Origin: Candidatus Saccharimonadia bacterium
GTDB taxonomy: Bacteria > Patescibacteriota > Saccharimonadia > UBA4664
Assembly (NCBI GenBank): GCA_035544015.1
Contig: DATKIP010000093.1
Location: forward strand, 281,454-345,453
Direction: 5' to 3'
DNA: 64,000 nucleotides
Positions 38,330 to 46,973 of the stretch are shown piece by piece (position 1 is the first letter of the stretch; each line of letters begins with the position of its first letter). The notes below the pieces were generated by a model that saw only the letters and a program-made list of their open reading frames with translations, was not told where the DNA came from and searched no databases. The position numbers and the translations under genes were made by a program.

Positions 38330-39684
38330 ACCTGGATTTCGGCCAGTCCAATATTAGCCGTCCCATTCGCCACACCCGTCACATTAAACTGCACGCTTGT
38401 TACCACCCGCGGCGAAAAAGTTACCGTGGTCGCTGTCCCATCATTATTCAGTGTACCCACCGCCACTTTCGACCCGTCACTAAAAACCAAAGTTCCCGCG
38501 GTTACTTGATCGGCAGCATTTGGGCGGTCAAACAGCACCATCCGGCCAACCGTACGCGCCGACGACCACGTCAGCTTGATCCAGCTACCGCCCGAGCCAC
38601 CAACAGTGGCCCATTCCTTGGTGTAATCGCCAGGATAACCATCAATCACGCCGTCAATCGCCCGAATAGCCAACTGGCCACTCGATCGATCCTCCGAAGA
38701 CGCCGTCACCTGAGCCAACCCCGCCAGGTTGCCACCGATAGGGGAGGGGACCGAGTTTGAAGCCGTACCCCCGCCAGATTCCGTTCCCACTGCATATTGG
38801 CGAGCCAGCCAACCCTCAAACTCACCGTTGCGACACGCCAGCAAACTGTTGCAGACGTCGTGATCATAGTTCGCATACGCATAAAAGGCTTCAGATTTTT
38901 TCGTCAGATCACCACGCGCCACATTCGCCGGATTAGCCGAATCCAAGTAACCTTCGTAGCCCGTCAAGGTATGTGGCTGCGAGTACTGCTGATGAGCCGC
39001 CCGCGCAAAATACGCCGACGCGTGGTGGTCGGCATGATCGCCGTCCCCAAAGGCGCCGCTATAATCTTGAATATGAATCCGATCCGGCGCAAAGCTCGCC
39101 ATCATCGCCGCCAGCGCCCCTACCAAGGTATCTTTGCTATAACTTGCGCTCCCATCAACCGCGCTGATCGACGAAATCGATCCCAGCCATAACTTTTGCA
39201 AACTCTCAAAATTATGCGTATTAAAGCCCGCTCCATCCATCCCACCGTCAGGCAGCCGCAAAAACACCAGAGACACCGTAGGCTTGCCGACCAGCGTATA
39301 GGCCCGTACATGCATCCCGAGCACGCCCGCATCCGAAATATTCCATGTTCCGAGGCCCGTTCTGCCAGCCATTTTGGCGTAAGCCGCCTTCATCCCATTT
39401 TCCCGACCCTGCCAATACGACGCCGGCGCACCCGAATCACCCGCCGTCATAAATATCGTCCGCACACACCGACCCGAGGTGATGTCGTGCAATAAATCCG
39501 GACTCATAAACAACAAATCGTCGTCTTCATGCGCCACAATATTCAAAGTCGAGCCCTGGGTACAACCAGCCGCACCCACCAAATCATCCGTCGATACGTT
39601 CAAAATCACACTCGAGGCCACTGCCACCACGAGCACGCTCATACCCACTACCGAAATTTTGCGCCACCCACTACCGAACATCAT
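38323..39684 (-). CDS. PIG-L/LmbE family N-acetylglucosaminyl deacetylase fused to discoidin-like carbohydrate-binding domain
   Basis: Signal peptide, VAHEDDDLLFMSPD (PIG-L AHPDDE-type motif), a His-rich metal site (HADHH), and a C-terminal beta-sandwich ending LAEIQVY (F5/8 type C-like). Confidence 0.6.
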   Translation of the reverse strand: MMFGSGWRKISVVGMSVLVVAVASSVILNVSTDDLVGAAGCTQGSTLNIVAHEDDDLLFMSPDLLHDITSGRCVRTIFMTAGDSGAPASYWQGRENGMKAAYAKMAGRTGLGTWNISDAGVLGMHVRAYTLVGKPTVSLVFLRLPDGGMDGAGFNTHNFESLQKLWLGSISSISAVDGSASYSKDTLVGALAAMMASFAPDRIHIQDYSGAFGDGDHADHHASAYFARAAHQQYSQPHTLTGYEGYLDSANPANVARGDLTKKSEAFYAYANYDHDVCNSLLACRNGEFEGWLARQYAVGTESGGGTASNSVPSPIGGNLAGLAQVTASSEDRSSGQLAIRAIDGVIDGYPGDYTKEWATVGGSGGSWIKLTWSSARTVGRMVLFDRPNAADQVTAGTLVFSDGSKVAVGTLNNDGTATTVTFSPRVVTSVQFNVTGVANGTANIGLAEIQVY

Positions 39685-39738
39685 GTCTTGGCTCCTTGTA
39701 GCAATAATTAATCATCTCACGTTCCCCCAAAAATACCA

Positions 39739-41025
39739 TTACCGCTTGCGATTACCCCGCCTCAGCCGTGGCCCCCAAGCCGCCATGGCCATGCCGCACC
39801 CACCCGCCACGATATGCCCCACCAGCCAAGCCCAGGCCGCCCACACCAGCCCACGCCCCGTCCAGGCCAACGCCAACCCAATAATGACCGTCGCAAACAC
39901 CACGTTCATCGCAATAATGCTATAAATCTGCTTGCGCACCCGCAACAACACCACCGCCACGGTATAAACAGCCAACGCTGGCGCTGCCAGCGCCAAAACC
40001 GCCAGCGTGGTGCTCGCTTCCAAACTGTAAGTTTTACCAAACACCAAGAGCAACCACGGCGAACACAGCGCCAGTAAGGCCGATGCCGGCACCATAATCA
40101 GCGCCAATATCGTCACGGCCCGGCGCACCAACACCGCCAGCTCTTCCTCCGAATGCGAACCCTCCGCAAACAACGACTGCGCCACCGAATAGGCCGTAGT
40201 GTATAGCAAGTTCGCCACCATAAACGCCAGGTAAAAGTACCCCGCCTCGGCCGCCCCCAGCCGGTTTACCACTACCAGCGGCAGGGCCATCGTCGGCGCA
40301 ATATTCAGGCAATTTGCCACATAATTCGCCGATGCAAAGCTAAAAACCCGCCCCACCACCGCCCGATGAATCCGCCACTCCGGCCGATACGAAAACCGCC
40401 TCACCATATAGTACACACTCAGCCCCAGCGCCAAAACCGCCGCCACCCCCGAAGCGAAGAAAATTCCGTAGGCGCCCAGCCCAATCACCGCCACCGGCAG
40501 CATCAACTTGGCCAAGCTCATAATGCTGTTGATCAGCAAATTATACTGACTTGCCCGATACGCTATAAACACGCTGTCGGTCAGCAAATTTATGGCTGCC
40601 ATCGCCGCCAGCACCACAAAACCCAGCGCAAACCAGGCATTCGTACGCACAAAATCAAGCCGAGGCGCGAGCCACGGCAACAGCCCCACGTACGCCGCCG
40701 AAATTACCACCGCCGTCCCCGCCACCAGCAACAAACCCGTATTAAGCTCCTCGTTGCGCTCAATGCTCTTGGGCAAAAACCGTATAAAGGCGCTGTTCAC
40801 GCCCAACAAACTAAAATACGAAATGAGCGTCATGCCCGATATCAAGGCCGTCCCGTAGCCGATCTGGTCGGGAGTAAACAGCCGCGCACACAACCACCAA
40901 AAACCAAAGCCCAACACCGACATCACAGCCGTGCTCAACATCAAAAAAAATGAGTTGCGAAACAGGCTGTCTGAACGAAGATGATGAACAATCCGAGATG
41001 GAGAAACAAGCGATATCATAAGCAA
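39739..41025 (-). CDS. Wzx-type oligosaccharide flippase (polysaccharide biosynthesis protein, MOP superfamily)
   Basis: 428 aa, about 12 TM helices. N-terminal FRNSFFLMLSTAVMSVLGFGFW is typical of PST-family flippases. Confidence 0.7.
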   Translation of the reverse strand: MLMISLVSPSRIVHHLRSDSLFRNSFFLMLSTAVMSVLGFGFWWLCARLFTPDQIGYGTALISGMTLISYFSLLGVNSAFIRFLPKSIERNEELNTGLLLVAGTAVVISAAYVGLLPWLAPRLDFVRTNAWFALGFVVLAAMAAINLLTDSVFIAYRASQYNLLINSIMSLAKLMLPVAVIGLGAYGIFFASGVAAVLALGLSVYYMVRRFSYRPEWRIHRAVVGRVFSFASANYVANCLNIAPTMALPLVVVNRLGAAEAGYFYLAFMVANLLYTTAYSVAQSLFAEGSHSEEELAVLVRRAVTILALIMVPASALLALCSPWLLLVFGKTYSLEASTTLAVLALAAPALAVYTVAVVLLRVRKQIYSIIAMNVVFATVIIGLALAWTGRGLVWAAWAWLVGHIVAGGCGMAMAAWGPRLRRGNRKR

Positions 41026-41112
41026 GAAAAATGGCGGCTTGCGCCACCAGCCTCAAAAATATAGCACAAGCACCCCAGAGTGTCTACCGAAAGCCCTAAT
41101 CCAACTCCCGCC

Positions 41113-42633
41113 CTACGCCGCCGCCAACTCCCGCACCTGCCCGGCCGAGAGGGGAGTCACTGCCCGCCGATTGCGCGGGTTCTCCAGAAATTGCCGGATA
41201 ATCTTGTACCGATCCAGATCAAACCGCCGCACCTCCGGCTCCGACTCCACCGTGCCGTCCTCCAGCTCCCGCAGTCGCACCACCAAGCACCAGCCGTCCA
41301 CCACAAAGCCCACCGAGCCCTCCAGAGCGTCATGACGCTCCCGAATGAGTACCGGGCCGGCATACGGCCACGTCGCAATCTTCTGACGCTCAAACGCATA
41401 CGCAAACCGCTCGTTGTACTCAGCCGCCGGCATCACGCCCTCGCAGGCCCCATCACACTTGCCTAGTTGGCGCAAAAAACACGCCCGGGACGTCCGCTCC
41501 AGCCCCAGCATTTTCGGGCACAACCGGTACCGCTCCACGAGGGCCTGGAGTGAACGCCGAGCCCGACCCTGCGTCGCGTACACCGCCAACAGCCGCTCCG
41601 CCGCCTCGGGCGTAATGTCGCGCGCATCCGCCAGCTCCACGCTCGCGTACCCTTCGGGCGTCACCACCCCGAGCACCAGGGTCATCAGCTCGCGCTGTCG
41701 CAGCATCCGATTGTACTGCGGCCGCAAATCCTTGATCATATCCGATTCCAGAAGCAGCGCACTCAGTTCGCCGTGCGTCGGCACCGCGCGCAGCCGCCGC
41801 ACCGTTTGCGCCAGCTTCATCTCCATCCCGCGGCCATAATCCGAGGCGAAATGATTCATCACCCGCCGCCGCACCGTCACGCTTTTGCCTACGTACAGCG
41901 GCGCCCCCTCCCCATCCTCGAAAACGTACACCCCCGGCCCCTCGGGCAACGCCGCCACCTGAGCCGCATCAAGCTGGCTCGGCACCGACGGCGTACCCAG
42001 CTGCGCCTTCACCGCCGCCTCCACCGTATCCAGATCAAATTCCGCCAAACACAATCGCCAAAATTGCCACAAACAATGCGCATCGTCGTACGCCCGGTGC
42101 CGCACCGGCGCGCGCAAACCATGCCGCTCAATCAACGCCGCCAGCTTGTGGCTCTTAAACTGCGGGAACAATCGCCGGCTCAGCCGCACCGTACACAGCA
42201 ACGGCGGCCGAAACACCGCTCCCAGCCGCTCAAATTCCATTTTCAAAAATGCATAATCAAACCGCACATTGTGCGCCACAAACACCGCACCATCCAGGAT
42301 CTCCGCCAACTCATCCGCAATCTGCCCAAACCGCGGCGACTCCGCCACATCCGCGTCGGTGATCCCCGTGAGCCCCGTGATAAAACTCGGCACCGCCGCG
42401 TCCGGATGCAGCAGCGTTTGGTACGTCGCCACCACCCGACCGCCCTCCACCCGCATCACCGCCACCTCCAGCACTCGGCTGTTGAAATGGCTGCCGCCAG
42501 TGGTCTCAATATCGACAAACGCTAATGGCTGATGGAGTATGCTGCTCACGTTCTCATGATACAACAGCGAACGAATGCCGAACAGCGCATCCGATAACTG
42601 CAATAAGTCAACCAAATATTGCTTATCAAGCAA
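41113..42633 (-). CDS. DnaQ-like 3'-5' exonuclease fused to GIY-YIG (Cho/UvrC-N-like) nuclease domain
   Basis: Exo I motif FVDIETTG, Exo II FVAHNVRFD, Exo III HRAYDDA, then GIY-YIG GVYVF...LYVGKS...R...N. 506 aa. Confidence 0.7.
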   Translation of the reverse strand: MLDKQYLVDLLQLSDALFGIRSLLYHENVSSILHQPLAFVDIETTGGSHFNSRVLEVAVMRVEGGRVVATYQTLLHPDAAVPSFITGLTGITDADVAESPRFGQIADELAEILDGAVFVAHNVRFDYAFLKMEFERLGAVFRPPLLCTVRLSRRLFPQFKSHKLAALIERHGLRAPVRHRAYDDAHCLWQFWRLCLAEFDLDTVEAAVKAQLGTPSVPSQLDAAQVAALPEGPGVYVFEDGEGAPLYVGKSVTVRRRVMNHFASDYGRGMEMKLAQTVRRLRAVPTHGELSALLLESDMIKDLRPQYNRMLRQRELMTLVLGVVTPEGYASVELADARDITPEAAERLLAVYATQGRARRSLQALVERYRLCPKMLGLERTSRACFLRQLGKCDGACEGVMPAAEYNERFAYAFERQKIATWPYAGPVLIRERHDALEGSVGFVVDGWCLVVRLRELEDGTVESEPEVRRFDLDRYKIIRQFLENPRNRRAVTPLSAGQVRELAAA

Positions 42634-42685
42634 TATGATACCGGTCGAGCTGTAATAATTATGCTAGATTCACTACAATAAAATT

Positions 42686-42907
42686 ATGCCAACAGAATCT
42701 CACATCGAAGAAACGCCCAAGGACGACGGGACCGTAAGCGAGAAGCTCGTAGTCGAATTTAGCAATGGATCGCTCCAGCAACTCCGCGAGCTGGGCGCCT
42801 TCCTGAAGATTCAAAGTGAAGACCCTTATGAAGTAATCAAGTATGCCATCGGTATTCTAGAGAACGTAAGAGAGTCAAACGAAAAGAAACATATTTCCGA
42901 AGGCTAA
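42686..42907 (+). CDS. small acidic hypothetical protein (low-GC cassette gene 1)
   Basis: 73-aa ORF, about 45% GC. Ends 2 nt before the next ORF. Confidence 0.4.
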   Translation: MPTESHIEETPKDDGTVSEKLVVEFSNGSLQQLRELGAFLKIQSEDPYEVIKYAIGILENVRESNEKKHISEG

Positions 42908-42909
42908 AC

Positions 42910-43206
42910 ATGAGCAATACTAACCGGCAAGTTTCAGAAAAGGTTCCTGCCATTTCCCTTGACGGAACCATTGGCGACCAGATTTATGAAGCCCTACAGC
43001 ATGATCGATACAAAGCAAAAATCAACGCAATGATTCTGACTTACACCGGCACGGTAGAATTTGAAGAACTAATAATGAAGTATGCGGGGAAAGAATATGA
43101 CAATCGAATTCTCAAGAGCGGACGGTTTTGGTTCTCGACCATTGCGGTTACGGTCGTAACATCGCTCATATCCGCAGTAATCGCAGTCCTCATCGCAAAG
43201 CATTAG
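42910..43206 (+). CDS. small tail-anchored membrane protein (low-GC cassette gene 2)
   Basis: 98-aa ORF with a C-terminal TM helix (FWFSTIAVTVVTSLISAVIAVLIAKH). Low GC. Confidence 0.4.
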   Translation: MSNTNRQVSEKVPAISLDGTIGDQIYEALQHDRYKAKINAMILTYTGTVEFEELIMKYAGKEYDNRILKSGRFWFSTIAVTVVTSLISAVIAVLIAKH

Positions 43207-43213
43207 TTTTCCG

Positions 43214-43972
43214 TCACGCCGCGGGCAAATCCGCAAACACACCGCACATCAACTCATACACCTCATCGCGCAACGACTCCGGGGTGTGTTTGTCGGTCGC
43301 CAGCACCACCACGCCCTCGCCCGGATCACCCGGATGCCGCAATGCCCCGTGCTCACGCGTACGATCGCGCTCATCGCGTTCCACGATCTCTTCGAGCGTA
43401 TGCTCGCGCGACCGCTGCGCCGCCACCTCGGGTGCCACCACCAGCAGCAGCTTCAGCGGCGCATCCGGCACCACGGTGTGGCCGATGTCGCGACCGTCAA
43501 TCAACACAAAACCATCAAATTCGTTAATTTGCCGCCGCACCAATTCCGTCTCCCACTCGCGCACCGGCAGGTGCAATCCCGCGATCGAGGCCCCCGTGCC
43601 CACCCCCGGGCCCTTGAGCTGCTCGTCCACCTCGGCCGGCACGCCGTCGATCCACACCACACCACCATGCAGCTCAATTTGCCGCTGTCGCGCCAGCTTC
43701 AAAAACTCGTCGGCCGACATCTCGCGCACCAGCGCCAGCGCCGCATGGTTGATCTGCTCCGGCGTCATGTCGGCCCGACCCACCACCATATCGGCCGCCG
43801 CCTCCAGAGCCGCATACGCCACGGCCCGGTAAATCGACCCCGTCGACACATGCACCACCGGCACGCCCTTCGAACGCAGCAAAATCGCCAGCTCCTCGAT
43901 GAGCCGGCCCTTGCCGGTGGCCGTTCCGCCATCTACGGCTACTACTTTGCGGTTGCTTAATTCAATATCCAT
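43214..43972 (-). CDS. cmk: cytidylate kinase
   Basis: P-loop VAVDGGTATGKG, DGRDIGHTVVPDAPLKLLL and ERDERDRTRE align with Cmk. Start taken at ATG 43972 (the track extends to 44011). Confidence 0.75.
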   Translation of the reverse strand: MDIELSNRKVVAVDGGTATGKGRLIEELAILLRSKGVPVVHVSTGSIYRAVAYAALEAAADMVVGRADMTPEQINHAALALVREMSADEFLKLARQRQIELHGGVVWIDGVPAEVDEQLKGPGVGTGASIAGLHLPVREWETELVRRQINEFDGFVLIDGRDIGHTVVPDAPLKLLLVVAPEVAAQRSREHTLEEIVERDERDRTREHGALRHPGDPGEGVVVLATDKHTPESLRDEVYELMCGVFADLPAA

Positions 43973-44022
43973 GTCGCGCCTATTCTGACACACCCTCACC
44001 TTTATCGTCAAAACCTGGCATA

Positions 44023-44847
44023 ATGAAACCCGTTATGAAAATCGGCATCTTCGACTCGGGCCTCGGCGGCCTCATCATCACCCACAGCCTCACCCAAGCG
44101 CTCCCCGAGTACGATTACCTCTACCTCGGCGACACCGCTCGCGTACCCTATGGCAACCGTTCCGCCCAAACCATCTACGAATTTACCCGCCAGTCCGTCG
44201 AATACCTGTTTGCCCAAGACTGCGGGCTGATTATTATTGCCTGCAACACTGCCTCGGCCGAGGCCCTACGCCGCATCCAGCGCGACTACCTGCCGACCCA
44301 CTACCCTCAGCGGCGCGTGCTTGGGGTGCTCATCCCAGCTGCCGAAGCCGCCGTTGCCGCCAGCGCCGGTGGGCACATTGGCGTTATCGCCACCACCGGC
44401 ACCATCACCTCCCGCGCCTTCGACCGCGAACTCCGCAAACTGCGCCCCACACTCAAAATCACTCGGCAAGCCGCACCGCTCCTCGTGCCGCTCATCGAAG
44501 ACGGCGGTGCCCAGTGGGCCGAACAAGTGCTGGCGCAATATCTGGAACCATTGCGGGGCGTCGACACCCTCATTTTAGGCTGCACCCATTATCCCTATCT
44601 CAAGACTCAATTCCGCGAGCAAATGGGGGAGCACGTCACGGTCATCTCCCAAGACGAATTCATCCCCCAAAAACTCACCGAGTATCTGGGGCGCCACCGC
44701 GAGCTAGCCCACCAGCTTTCGCGCGGCGGCACCCATACATTTCAAGTTACCGACCTCACCCCGCAAGCCCACCAGCTCGGCAAGGAGCTCTACGGCGAAG
44801 CCATTTATCTCGACCTCGTAACGCTCCCCGCCGCCGACAAGCCCTAG
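44023..44847 (+). CDS. murI: glutamate racemase
   Basis: IGIFDSGLGGL, YLGDTARVPYG, IIACNTASA and GCTHYP catalytic Cys motifs. Confidence 0.9.
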   Translation: MKPVMKIGIFDSGLGGLIITHSLTQALPEYDYLYLGDTARVPYGNRSAQTIYEFTRQSVEYLFAQDCGLIIIACNTASAEALRRIQRDYLPTHYPQRRVLGVLIPAAEAAVAASAGGHIGVIATTGTITSRAFDRELRKLRPTLKITRQAAPLLVPLIEDGGAQWAEQVLAQYLEPLRGVDTLILGCTHYPYLKTQFREQMGEHVTVISQDEFIPQKLTEYLGRHRELAHQLSRGGTHTFQVTDLTPQAHQLGKELYGEAIYLDLVTLPAADKP

Positions 44848-45485
44848 TAGCAGGTACTAGGCCACGGGCTGCAACCGCGCCGGTCATACAGCATCTGCGC
44901 CCGCATATCCTGCTCGGCCGGGCTGGCGTCCGACGGCAGCCCTGAGCCTCCCACGCCCTGCCATGTGCCCAAGCTAAACTGATACGCACCATAATACCCG
45001 TTGCCAGTGTTAGTAGCGTAATTACCACCCGACTCACGCGCCCGTACCCGCGCCAGTATCCCGTCGGCACCAGCCGCATAATTGGCCGGCGCCACGCTGC
45101 GACGGGCCACGGGCGCTGCCACCGCCGCCGACGCCGGCGGTGGCAGCGCCACGCCTTCCGGCAGGGGCCGGTCGGGCACCGGGCCAGTCGGCACAATCAA
45201 CTTCTGACCTTCATAAATCAAATCAGGGTCCTGCACATCGGGGTTGGCATTCCACAACGGTCGCCAGGTCTCCAGCTGCTCACTCGTCGCGATGATCGAC
45301 AAGCTGTCACCCGCCGCCACCGTATGGGTTTTGGGTGCCGGCGGCGCTTCCACTGGCTTAGCCACCGCCGCCAAAACCACTTTGGGGCTCGGCGTCGGAG
45401 TGGCCGGCTTGCTCGGCAGCCATCCAAACGACAACGCCGCGCCAAAATTCAAAATCGTTATCGTCGCCAAAAAAGTCTGAACCAT
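44844..45485 (-). CDS. LysM domain + Rpf-like transglycosylase domain protein
   Basis: Signal anchor. LysM (HTVAAGDSLSIIA ... YEGQKLIVP). C-terminal ARESGGNYATNTGNGYYGAYQFS ... GCSPWP matches the Rpf/Transglycosylas (PF06737-like) domain. Confidence 0.7.
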   Translation of the reverse strand: MVQTFLATITILNFGAALSFGWLPSKPATPTPSPKVVLAAVAKPVEAPPAPKTHTVAAGDSLSIIATSEQLETWRPLWNANPDVQDPDLIYEGQKLIVPTGPVPDRPLPEGVALPPPASAAVAAPVARRSVAPANYAAGADGILARVRARESGGNYATNTGNGYYGAYQFSLGTWQGVGGSGLPSDASPAEQDMRAQMLYDRRGCSPWPSTCY

Positions 45486-45875
45486 GTCTTCTTTCCCTCA
45501 TTAAACACGTGGGGAAAGGCTCCTGCATATCTGCACACAGCAACCCACCGCACACAACTTCTTCACACAAAGCGGAACCCTACAGCAATTAAAAAACTCT
45601 GCAATAATGCAAAGTCATAAAAATTCACGCAACGCTACGCCGTAAGCTTTGTGATTAAGCACAAGAACAAGGTTAATACGCTTATGCTTAAAATGCTTCT
45701 GTAAAGACCTCAAAAATGGCATAAAAGCCTAGCTTTATCACAAAAAACCTGCCCTTCTTACTTTCAGTGGGTCAAAATCAAACACTACCATTACGTGGGT
45801 AGAAAGCCATCGCCGCCACGCTTTCGCCGCCAAGCCCTTGTCAGAACAAAAACAGTTTGCTAATCTGGTGGAGGC

Positions 45876-46973
45876 GTGAATAATCCGAAGACTACAAACC
45901 AGGTTACCAACACAAGCGGTCGTCCCGATGGGGGCGATTTTTTTGTAACCAAGCCAGGTCGGCTGGTTTTGGAGGGCGGTCAAAGCTTCGCCGGCCAGGT
46001 CCCCGACTGGCACCACGACGGCCTCTCCGGCGAAACCGTCTTCAACACTGGCATGACCGGCTATGTCGAAACCCTCACCGACCCGTCATATTCCGGCCAA
46101 ATTCTAGCATTTACTTATCCGTTACTGGGCAATTACGGCGTACCCGACGCCGGCACCTGGGAAAGCCAAAAAATCCATCTGCGCGGGGTGGTCGTGAGCG
46201 AGCTCACACAGGCCTGGAGCCATGTAGGCAGCCTTAAGTCGCTCGGCGCCTGGCTGCGCGAACAAAACATCCCGTTCATCACCGGCGTCGACACCCGCGC
46301 GCTCACCAAATACCTCCGCACCCGCGGCACCATGACCGGCCTCATCACCACCGCCGACCGGCCGCGACTAGCCGGACGAGCGCCCGCCAAAGTTTCAATT
46401 GAAGCCCCCCGCATCTACAACCCCGGTAAGTCTAAAACCGTCATCGCTGTGGACTGCGGCATGAAAGAAAACATCATCCGCCACTTGGTAGGGCTGGGCC
46501 TCACGGTAAAGCGCGTGCCGCACAACTACGACTACACCGCCGACGCCTACGACGGCGTTTTCATCTCCAACGGCCCCGGCGATCCCACCGATTACCAGGA
46601 AGCCACCGCCATACTCCGGCGGGCACTAGCCGGCACCAAGCCTGTCTTCGGCATCTGCCTCGGCGCGCAGCTCATGGCGCTGGCGGCCGGTGGCTCCACC
46701 TACAAACTCCGCTTCGGCCACCGCGGCCACAACCAACCGGCCGTCACCCCCGAGGGGCGCGGCTACATCACGAGCCAAAACCACGGCTACGCGGTCGCCG
46801 AGGATTCGCTGCCGGCAGATTGGCGCGTCACCTTCCGCAATCTCAACGATAATTCGGTCGAGGGCATCGCCCACCGCCACAAACCCTTCTTCGCCGTCCA
46901 ATTCCACCCCGAAGCCGCCCCCGGACCCACCGACACAGCCTGGCTGTTTGACGAATTTAGGAAGATGCTATGA
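45876..46973 (+). CDS. carA: carbamoyl-phosphate synthase small (glutaminase) subunit
   Basis: GTG start preceded by GGAGG. N-domain VFNTGMTGYVETLTDPSY. Triad motifs GICLGAQL and FAVQFHPEA. Confidence 0.9.
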   Translation: MNNPKTTNQVTNTSGRPDGGDFFVTKPGRLVLEGGQSFAGQVPDWHHDGLSGETVFNTGMTGYVETLTDPSYSGQILAFTYPLLGNYGVPDAGTWESQKIHLRGVVVSELTQAWSHVGSLKSLGAWLREQNIPFITGVDTRALTKYLRTRGTMTGLITTADRPRLAGRAPAKVSIEAPRIYNPGKSKTVIAVDCGMKENIIRHLVGLGLTVKRVPHNYDYTADAYDGVFISNGPGDPTDYQEATAILRRALAGTKPVFGICLGAQLMALAAGGSTYKLRFGHRGHNQPAVTPEGRGYITSQNHGYAVAEDSLPADWRVTFRNLNDNSVEGIAHRHKPFFAVQFHPEAAPGPTDTAWLFDEFRKML

